Positions 8,269 to 15,634 of a stretch of DNA of 64,000 nt are shown piece after piece. The number at the start of each line of letters is the position of its first letter. The stretch's first letter is position 1. The stretch lies in sequence record LR756500.1. One strand, given 5' to 3'. Position numbers and translations under genes: made by a program. The notes below the pieces were generated by a model. The model ran no database searches and had not been told where the DNA came from. It saw only the letters and a program-made list of their open reading frames with translations.

Positions 8269-8700
8269 TTAAATAAAATCATATTTCATAATTATCTTAT
8301 TATCGATTTCTTTAACAACAGTCCATCCCATTTTTAAATGATATTCTTTTGCAAAAACTGTATCTAAAAATATAGTTTTATATCCTAATAATTTTGCATA
8401 TTCAAATCTTTTTTCAGTTAACATCAATCCATATCCATTACCTCTATATTCTGGTTCAACCCATAACAATAAATTCCAGGGAGATATAGTCCTATCTATT
8501 TCATTAATAGTATCAAATAATCCACAACCTATAGGTTTATCATCTATTATCAATACATAACAAACTGAATCAGATTCATTATTTAAATACCTTCTAATCT
8601 CACTTAAACTATATTCATCATCAACTTGCCAACGTTCTTTCATAATAGATGAAACATAATTAATATACATGTGAGTTAATTTTTCTATTTTAATTTCCAT
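8269..8700 (-). CDS. GNAT family N-acetyltransferase
   Basis: VEPEYRGNGYG acetyl-CoA motif; GYKTIFLDT; YHLKMGW. Confidence 0.85.
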   Translation of the reverse strand: MEIKIEKLTHMYINYVSSIMKERWQVDDEYSLSEIRRYLNNESDSVCYVLIIDDKPIGCGLFDTINEIDRTISPWNLLLWVEPEYRGNGYGLMLTEKRFEYAKLLGYKTIFLDTVFAKEYHLKMGWTVVKEIDNKIIMKYDFI

Positions 8701-10121
8701 TCAAATTTATAATTGCCTGTTCCAAAACATCTATANNNNNNNNNNNNNNNNNNNNNNNNNNNNNNNNNNNNNNNNNNNNNNNNNNNNNNNNNNNNNNNNN
8801 NNNNNNNNNNNNNNNNNNNNNNNNNNNNNNNNNNNNNNNNNNNNNNNNNNNNNNNNNNNNNNNNNNNNNNNNNNNNNNNNNNNNNNNNNNNNNNNNNNNN
8901 NNNNNNNNNNNNNNNNNNNNNNNNNNNNNNNNNNNNNNNNNNNNNNNNNNNNNNNNNNNNNNNNNNNNNNNNNNNNNNNNNNNNNNNNNNNNNNNNGGCT
9001 CCACCAACAACCGAAGTATTTAATTTATTAGCAAACCGTAAAAGCTCCCATTCATTTTCTTTAGCAACTTGATTTAAATTTTTACGTAAGGATCCGAAGG
9101 TCATTAATGATACTAACTCACCTTCATAATATAAACCTAATTTAATAGCAGCATTAGTATTGCCCTGTAAATGGTTCCTATTTAAAAATTCTCTACTATC
9201 ACCAGAATTAACGGTTTTAATTACACATTTTCTAGCATACACTTTATCAGTAGATAAATTTAATAAATTCTTTATTCTTGATTTTACTATATCTCTTTTG
9301 TTATACCAAACATCTTCCCATATATGTATTAAATTAATTCCCAATTCTTTGCATCTATTACTTTTATCTATATGATATTCTTTAGGTTTATTAAATTCAT
9401 TATGCCAATATACTCCATTATGTTCAAATGCTATATTTTTATCTTCAATATAAATATCAAGTTCTCTATTTTTTAATTCTTTTTTAGAATTAATTCTAAA
9501 TGGTTTTAAATAAATGTCTTTTATCCAATCTATTAATTCTATTTCAGAATTACTTTTTCCGTGATTAGGATTACATTTTAAACATGGATTAATATTTATA
9601 TTTATTCTTCTATATAATAATTGAGAATCTATTATTGATATACTTTTACATTCAACACATTCTATTTTTATTTTTTGTTGATCATCCCATTCTATTATTT
9701 TAATTTTATCTTTTAATTTTTCTTTAGCAAAAGGAAAATAATATTTATCTTTAAAATAATTTGATTGTGTTATATGTTGTACTCCATATCTTTTTAGAAC
9801 TGTTATTCTTGTTCTTTTTTCTTTTAAAACTATTGCACATTTTCTACTACAGCTAGAAGAATAACCAGGCATTATACCCATAAATTTAGATGAAGGTATT
9901 TTATTACCACATACTTCACATTTTGGAATTTCAGTTTTATCATGTAATGCATGATAAAGTTTTTCTTTAAAAGACGTTAATTTTAGATTATTATTTATAG
10001 AATATTTTTCTATTTCTAATAATAGATTAGGATAATTATTTTTAAAAAATTCAATTCTAGTAGTACTAGATGTAAGTTTTCCGTTTTTTATTAATATTTT
10101 ATTTAAATCATTTGATAACAT
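8685..10121 (-). CDS. Hef/Vsr-like endonuclease with Zn ribbons and a C-terminal Mom-like GNAT domain (87 codons of N)
   Basis: ELDIYI..IAFEHNGVYWH; LIHIWED; YARKC; NHLQG; WELLRFANKLNTSVVGGA. Confidence 0.7.
   Translation of the reverse strand: MLSNDLNKILIKNGKLTSSTTRIEFFKNNYPNLLLEIEKYSINNNLKLTSFKEKLYHALHDKTEIPKCEVCGNKIPSSKFMGIMPGYSSSCSRKCAIVLKEKRTRITVLKRYGVQHITQSNYFKDKYYFPFAKEKLKDKIKIIEWDDQQKIKIECVECKSISIIDSQLLYRRINININPCLKCNPNHGKSNSEIELIDWIKDIYLKPFRINSKKELKNRELDIYIEDKNIAFEHNGVYWHNEFNKPKEYHIDKSNRCKELGINLIHIWEDVWYNKRDIVKSRIKNLLNLSTDKVYARKCVIKTVNSGDSREFLNRNHLQGNTNAAIKLGLYYEGELVSLMTFGSLRKNLNQVAKENEWELLRFANKLNTSVVGGAXXXXXXXXXXXXXXXXXXXXXXXXXXXXXXXXXXXXXXXXXXXXXXXXXXXXXXXXXXXXXXXXXXXXXXXXXXXXXXXXXXXXXXXYRCFGTGNYKFEWKLK
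8736..8996. other. assembly gap or masked sequence, 261 N
   Basis: Run of N; the length preserves the reading frame. Confidence 0.95.
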
Positions 10122-10159
10122 TTAATTATATGGTTAATTATTATTATGTTTAATAAAAT

Positions 10160-11038
10160 TTAAACATAATCACCTTCCTGTATTTCAGGTAACTCTCCCA
10201 TCTTATTTCTATACAATAATGTAATCATCGGTAAATTTACCCATCTTAAATCCTTCTCAACTAATTGATTTTTAATACGTTCAAGAATGTCCCTGTCACT
10301 TCCCCGAGGTTCGCTGCGTACTGGTGAAGTAAGAAATTGCTCTCTTACATTTCTATATCTTAAATCCTTAAATTCCTTCAAATCCCAACAAAATGTTGAA
10401 TGCCAACTTTCTGTTATATGAGAAATATTATTCCCCCCTATATGTTTAACAACTCCTCTTTCTGGTCTACAATATGTATCTGTTCCTGTTTTATATCTTT
10501 TTATTATAGCTGTCGAAGAAAAGAATTTTGCTTTAGGATATCTAGTTATTGCCTTAGCCATATATTCTAGATGGTTAGGAAGCCATATATCATCGTGATC
10601 TAAACGACAAATAAAATTTACACCATCCCTTACTGCTTTATCAATAGCTATATTTGCAGCAACATCAGACCCTGAATGCCAAAGATCTGCCCCCCTGAAT
10701 CGGATCCTTTCACCTGGCAGTTCCAGATTTTCATATACGATTTTTGAGTATTCGAATGATTCAACTAAAGGCTTGATTTCATTATCACTTTCATAGTCAT
10801 CACCCATTAGATAAATTTTGTAGTTTTGGTATGATTGGTTTTTGATAGATTGAAGAGCTTCTTGTAATCTCATAGGAGTAGTACCATCGCTTCTTTTATA
10901 GGTAGCAACTATAATACCAAATCTTATATTTGTTCTGTGTTCTATTTTTTTGAATTTATCTATTTTATCCGATAAATCATTTTGTTTATTTTGATCTTCT
11001 TGATTAAAATTTTGAAAATTTTCTAATAAGGTGTCCAT
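10160..11038 (-). CDS. glycosyltransferase family 2
   Basis: IIVATY, SIKNQSYQNYKI, LDHDDIWLPNHLE (DxD). Confidence 0.88.
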   Translation of the reverse strand: MDTLLENFQNFNQEDQNKQNDLSDKIDKFKKIEHRTNIRFGIIVATYKRSDGTTPMRLQEALQSIKNQSYQNYKIYLMGDDYESDNEIKPLVESFEYSKIVYENLELPGERIRFRGADLWHSGSDVAANIAIDKAVRDGVNFICRLDHDDIWLPNHLEYMAKAITRYPKAKFFSSTAIIKRYKTGTDTYCRPERGVVKHIGGNNISHITESWHSTFCWDLKEFKDLRYRNVREQFLTSPVRSEPRGSDRDILERIKNQLVEKDLRWVNLPMITLLYRNKMGELPEIQEGDYV

Positions 11039-11054
11039 AAAAATATTATTTGAA

Positions 11055-11063
11055 TATATATTT
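11055..11063 (-). promoter_or_regulatory. candidate late promoter AAATATATA
   Basis: Same motif lies upstream of genes with head-targeting-like N-termini. Confidence 0.45.
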
Positions 11064-11082
11064 GGAATTTTAATTTTATTTT

Positions 11083-11102
11083 AAACTTTTTTATTATATT
11101 TA
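11083..11102 (+). promoter_or_regulatory. candidate early promoter (..TTATTATATTTA) driving the right cassette array
   Basis: Recurrent motif seen more than 15 times upstream of plus-strand operons. Confidence 0.6.
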
Positions 11103-11202
11103 AATTTAATAATATTTAGTTATATGAATCAAAATTTAAAAATATTAATAAAATGAGAACAATAAAGGCACAGAAGACTTAATTACTGGTATAATTATTG
11201 AA

Positions 11203-11358
11203 ATGAAAAACGAAGACAACTTTGAAAGAAAAGCTGCACAGCGAATAATCGAAGCACTAACAGATGAAAATAATTTGAATATACCCCCAGTTATCGTTTC
11301 AATTTGCGATGGTCTTTTGTTTGAATGTACTGATAGAGAAACAATACATAACGAATGA
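11203..11358 (+). CDS. 51-aa protein with arm motif NLNIPPVIVS
   Basis: Translated by hand; half att site GTTATCG at 11290. Confidence 0.5.
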   Translation: MKNEDNFERKAAQRIIEALTDENNLNIPPVIVSICDGLLFECTDRETIHNE

Positions 11359-11479
11359 TGCGTTTATTCTCGTTGCCGTATTAGGAGCAGAAATTATTAA
11401 CCATAAAATAAACACAATATGAAAAAAGGAACTTCAAATAAGCAGAAAGCAGGCAATAGAATTAAACGCAATGTTATAA
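11346..11479 (-). other. attC-like site R1
   Basis: ACATAACG..GTTATAA; stem tgcgtttattctcgttgcc / ggcaatagaattaaacgca. Confidence 0.8.
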
Positions 11480-11646
11480 AATTGTTGCCCGACCGGAGAA
11501 TTTATGATGAATACACATTTATAATTGGAAGTATGCAACACGGAACATCCTACATGGGTAAATCGGACGAAACTATAAAACACCACGACAATATAATCGC
11601 ATGGCTTAAAAAACGTAGAGAGGAGTTTAAGGGCAATGTTTTATAA
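11419..11646 (+). CDS. cassette protein starting in the R1 loop
   Basis: ORF track; stop is the TAA of the R2 core. Confidence 0.7.
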   Translation: MKKGTSNKQKAGNRIKRNVIKLLPDRRIYDEYTFIIGSMQHGTSYMGKSDETIKHHDNIIAWLKKRREEFKGNVL

Positions 11647-11773
11647 CGGACGGCGGTTGGCTTTCGTTGCCGATGCTCGATTAACGACAAATGATTATTA
11701 ATAGTAAAAATTTAAAATTATGCAGACAGATTCTAAAAACCAAATAGGCAATGAAGCTAATACCATGTTATGT
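11641..11773 (-). other. attC-like site R2
   Basis: TTATAACG..GTTATGT; stem ttggctttcgttgcc / ggcaatgaagctaa. Confidence 0.75.
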
Positions 11774-11947
11774 GAAGTGTATTTTGTAAAAAAAGGTAAA
11801 AAGTTTATGAAAGGACATGGATATAGCACATTAAAAGGATATAAATTTAGTTGGACTTTCAATAAAAACGAAGCAAGAAAAATGGAATATAGCACAGCAA
11901 ATAGTTTAGCAATTTCAAGCGGTGGTGTATTGAAACAACAACTATAA
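11720..11947 (+). CDS. cassette protein starting in the R2 loop
   Basis: ORF track; GNEANTMLCEV arm motif. Confidence 0.7.
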   Translation: MQTDSKNQIGNEANTMLCEVYFVKKGKKFMKGHGYSTLKGYKFSWTFNKNEARKMEYSTANSLAISSGGVLKQQL

Positions 11948-11994
11948 ATGGTCAATTAGTAGAAATTCCACGCTACGACCCTCTTTATTATTGT

Positions 11995-12109
11995 GGCTAA
12001 CGGTTGCAAATATAAAACGTTGCAACATGAATGTAATTAAATGAAACAAAACTTGAAAAAATGCTCGAATAACCACGGATGCCCAACTGTTTTATACCAT
12101 ATGTTAGCG
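11995..12109 (-). other. attC-like site R3
   Basis: GGCTAACG..GTTAGCG; first ~60 bp nearly identical to the reverse complement of the S2 right half. Confidence 0.75.
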
Positions 12110-12145
12110 GTAGTGATTTTTTAACTTATTAATATTTAACGATTT

Positions 12146-13033
12146 ATGAAAACAAAAAGATTTGATAGTTCAGAAGGTAATGTTTGGAAATATGTATTTG
12201 ACTTTGAAAATGCAGTTGCCGAAGCGGTACTTTACAAATATGAAAACTTTTACAAAAGGACTGTACTTTGCGTGAGTGTGCAAAGTGGATGCCCTGTTGG
12301 TTGCAAATTTTGCGGAACTGGCAAAAAGTTTATTAGAAACCTTACAAACTTAGAAATAGTTGCACAGGTTAAACATTGCTTAAAAGACATGAATATTGAA
12401 AATGTTAATTCGGCTAGTGATCGTTTCCAAATAATGTTTATGAGTATGGGTGAACCTACTTTAAATATTGATAATGTAATAACGGCAATAAAGGATTTAA
12501 ACAACTTATATCCAAATGCTGAATTACTTATTTCAACTATGGGGGCAAAAAACAATACCGCTTTTGAAAAACTGTTAAAAGTAAGTATTGAAATACAAAA
12601 GGTTGGTTTGCAATTTTCAGTACATGAAGCATTTGAAGAAAAAAGAAACCAATTAATATCATTTAAAAATAAATTGAATTTACGTGAAATGCGTGATTTT
12701 GGCATTGAGTGGAATAGGCAAACAAAACGCCCTGTATATGTGAATTATTGCATTGGAGAAACAAACCAAAGCAATGAAGAGATGGATAGGCTTAAAGACT
12801 TATTTAGCCCTGCTCTTTTCAATTTTACATTTTCGGTTATTTGCTCTTCTGATGAAAACATGAAAGATAAAGGATATAGAGAACTGAACAAGATAAACAC
12901 AATTACTTCATCATTTGTTGAATGTGGTTATAATGTTCGAGTTTTCGACCCTGCTGGTCAAGATGATATTGGGGGCGGGTGCGGACAATTATGGTATGTA
13001 CAAAACTGGATGCGTGACCATCATTACCGCTAA
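12146..13033 (+). CDS. rlmN: RlmN/Cfr-family radical SAM RNA methyltransferase, short form, cassette-borne
   Basis: LCVSVQSGCPVGCKFC, MSMGEP, QFSVH, DIGGGCGQL. Confidence 0.85.
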   Translation: MKTKRFDSSEGNVWKYVFDFENAVAEAVLYKYENFYKRTVLCVSVQSGCPVGCKFCGTGKKFIRNLTNLEIVAQVKHCLKDMNIENVNSASDRFQIMFMSMGEPTLNIDNVITAIKDLNNLYPNAELLISTMGAKNNTAFEKLLKVSIEIQKVGLQFSVHEAFEEKRNQLISFKNKLNLREMRDFGIEWNRQTKRPVYVNYCIGETNQSNEEMDRLKDLFSPALFNFTFSVICSSDENMKDKGYRELNKINTITSSFVECGYNVRVFDPAGQDDIGGGCGQLWYVQNWMRDHHYR

Positions 13034-13126
13034 CATAAATATATAAATAATAATATATAATTAATTAAATATGAATGCCTTAGGACAATCAATGTTAATA
13101 AAATTTAAAAAATATTTAATGTTGAA
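13029..13126 (-). repeat. 98-bp inverted repeat copy B; candidate attI-like site
   Basis: 96/98 match to the reverse complement of 1765-1862. Confidence 0.85.
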
Positions 13127-13150
13127 AAATTATTTAATTTTATAAAATAA

Positions 13151-13801
13151 ATGGAATATAACGATAAAAATGGATTAGAATTAATAGCTGAATTAGCTAA
13201 AGTTAGTACTGATAAGCTAATGAATTTAACTATTTTAATACTAAGTAGTAATAAATTGACTTCTATACCAAAAGAGATAGGATTACTTACTAATTTAAGA
13301 GAATTACGTTTATCCAATAATGAATTAACATCTGTACCAAAAGAGATAGGAAATTTGGTAAATTTACAACATTTACATTTAAATAGTAATAAATTAACTT
13401 CTATACCATTAGAAATATTTAATCTTATAAAATTAACTAAATTATTATTATATAGTAATAAATTGACTTCTATACCAAAAGAGATAGGAAATTTAATAAA
13501 TTTACAGCGTTTATTTTTAAGTTATAATGCATTGACTTCATTACCTAAAGAGATAGGAAATTTGGTAAATTTATGTGAATTACTATATACAAATACTAAG
13601 ATGGTTTCAATACCTATTGAGTTAGTTAAGTTAAATGTTTTTCCAAAGTTAGATTTATCAGAATTAACTCTGCCGTTATGGGCTGAATTATTTCAAGAAG
13701 ATAAATTTAAAGTTATTAAGCATAAAGATTTTCCAAAAGATTTAAGAAATCATCCATGGTTTATTGATGTAGCTTATGCAGATGATTTTGGACTTATTTA
13801 A
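13151..13801 (+). CDS. leucine-rich repeat protein
   Basis: About six 23-aa repeats LxLxxNxLTSIPKEIGNLxNL; C-terminus ADDFGLI. Confidence 0.9.
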   Translation: MEYNDKNGLELIAELAKVSTDKLMNLTILILSSNKLTSIPKEIGLLTNLRELRLSNNELTSVPKEIGNLVNLQHLHLNSNKLTSIPLEIFNLIKLTKLLLYSNKLTSIPKEIGNLINLQRLFLSYNALTSLPKEIGNLVNLCELLYTNTKMVSIPIELVKLNVFPKLDLSELTLPLWAELFQEDKFKVIKHKDFPKDLRNHPWFIDVAYADDFGLI

Positions 13802-13813
13802 AAATATTATAAT

Positions 13814-14071
13814 ATGATAATGAAAGTAATAAATGATCAAAGACCGATATTTAATGGCCAATTTATAGCATTTGTAACAGGTTTAAAAAGTATTAATACA
13901 TATCCAAAATATTTGAGAATTGGTGAAGTTATAGATGCAAAAGATTATGTAATTAAAGAATTAGTAAATAGTAAAATATGGAAAGTATATCCATCTAATA
14001 TTATTACTACTGGTGATGATGGTATAGTTCAAGGTGTTGCATCACAAATAGTTTTCACAGAAAAATTATAA
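13814..14071 (+). CDS. hypothetical protein
   Basis: ORF track; operon context. Confidence 0.65.
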   Translation: MIMKVINDQRPIFNGQFIAFVTGLKSINTYPKYLRIGEVIDAKDYVIKELVNSKIWKVYPSNIITTGDDGIVQGVASQIVFTEKL

Positions 14072-14078
14072 ATTAAAA

Positions 14079-14351
14079 ATGGAAAATATTGTTTTATTAA
14101 CAGAAGAAAAAGAATTTTTATATTCAAAGATTGAGTATATTAAAAAGAAGAATTTACAAAATAAAAATTTAGATATATACAATTTTCTTAAAAATGAAGA
14201 AGATGAGGTTGTATCTGAAGATTTATTTATAAAAATTCTTAATTGTTTAGAGTATACATTTAAGAAAAAGTTAAAAGGTTTAGACAAGCCTATAAAGAAA
14301 GAAGTATTTGAATCTTTATTAAATAAGGTTCCTAAAATATGGAAAGAATAA
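14079..14351 (+). CDS. hypothetical protein
   Basis: ORF track. Confidence 0.6.
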   Translation: MENIVLLTEEKEFLYSKIEYIKKKNLQNKNLDIYNFLKNEEDEVVSEDLFIKILNCLEYTFKKKLKGLDKPIKKEVFESLLNKVPKIWKE

Positions 14352-15500
14352 TTATTCTATATTTGGATAATTAAAAAGTTTATTTTGATAGTTTTTAAGA
14401 ATAAGATTTCCATTTTCATCTTTACCTTGATAGTATTCAGGAAGAATAGGAATTTTACCTCCTCCACCTGGAGCATCAATTACAAAGGTAGGTATAGCAT
14501 AGCCTGAAGTATTACCTCTAAGATTAAACATTATTTCTATTCCTTTTTCGATTGAGGTTCTAAAATGTTCTGAACCTAGAATTGGATCACATTGATATAA
14601 ATAGTACGGTCTAACTCTAACTTTAAGTAATTCATGAAATAATTTTTTAAGAATTAATGAGTCATCATTAATTCCTTTAAGTAATACCGTTTGAGATCCT
14701 AATGGAATTCCAGCATTTGCTAATAAGTTGCAAGCTTGTTTTACTTCAGGAGTAATTTCATCTGGATGAGTAAAATGTATACTCATAAAAAGAGGATGAT
14801 ATTTTTGTAGAATATTTATTAGTTTTTTGTTTATTCTTTGTGGAAGTATAACTGGAACTTTGGTTCCAATTCTTATTATTTCAATATGTTTGATATTTCT
14901 AATAGTTGATAATAAATAATCAAGTTGTGAATCAGGTAAAGTTAATGGATCACCGCCAGAAATTATTACATCTCTTATTTCAGTATGTTCTCGCAAATAA
15001 TTAAAAGCAGATTCCCAATTATTTAAATTTTTTTCTTTTGCTACAATATGAGAACGTGTACAATATCTACAATATGTTGCACAAAAATCTGTTGCTAAAA
15101 ATAAAACTCTATCTGGATATCGATGTATAATATTAGGTACCGGATTATCTTCATTTTCATTTAATGGATCTGATAATTCACCCTCATTTATATAATATTC
15201 ATTTACAATCGGAATAACGCTTTTTCTTAATGATTGCAATGAATTATTTTTATCTATTAAGCTAGAATAATAAGGTGTTATTCTTATAGGTAATGAATCT
15301 TTATTATTATCATTTATAGATTTTTCATTATCATTTAAATTAAAAAAATCATTTAATTGTTTAATGTTTGTAATACTATTTTTTATTTGCCATCGCCAGT
15401 CATTCCACTGTTCTTTTGATGTATTAGGAAAATTTTCTTTTAAATATTCTATTGATTTTTCACTAGGTTCTATAAGTGAGATATCATCATTTTTGTCCAT
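14352..15500 (-). CDS. kamA: KamA family radical SAM (lysine 2,3-aminomutase-like)
   Basis: WNDWRWQ, HRYPDR, CATYCRYCTR, SGGDPL, QTVLLKGIND, PYYLYQCD, PGGGGK. Confidence 0.93.
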   Translation of the reverse strand: MDKNDDISLIEPSEKSIEYLKENFPNTSKEQWNDWRWQIKNSITNIKQLNDFFNLNDNEKSINDNNKDSLPIRITPYYSSLIDKNNSLQSLRKSVIPIVNEYYINEGELSDPLNENEDNPVPNIIHRYPDRVLFLATDFCATYCRYCTRSHIVAKEKNLNNWESAFNYLREHTEIRDVIISGGDPLTLPDSQLDYLLSTIRNIKHIEIIRIGTKVPVILPQRINKKLINILQKYHPLFMSIHFTHPDEITPEVKQACNLLANAGIPLGSQTVLLKGINDDSLILKKLFHELLKVRVRPYYLYQCDPILGSEHFRTSIEKGIEIMFNLRGNTSGYAIPTFVIDAPGGGGKIPILPEYYQGKDENGNLILKNYQNKLFNYPNIE

Positions 15501-15634
15501 TTTAATTTTATTTTAAACATTGTAAATTGTATTTTATTTATTCACTTTTTTAAAATAATTTTATAGGATATGCATAAAATGTTTTAATTATAAAAAATGT
15601 TCGGGTGATATATAAAAAAAATAATGTTTAAGTT

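Larger units (their letters stand above)
11278..13034 (-). mobile_element. integron-like cassette array (right); genes on +, att top strand on -
   Basis: Three full attC-like sites plus one half site; ends at inverted repeat copy B. Confidence 0.75.

Noticed and set aside
8690-9072. Track ORFs 8690-9010 and 8713-9072
   Set aside because: Artefacts of the N gap.
2273-12109. Hairpins read as terminators or REP elements
   Set aside because: They lack U tracts, are heterogeneous, and show cassette-specific core pairing that REP elements or terminators would not produce.
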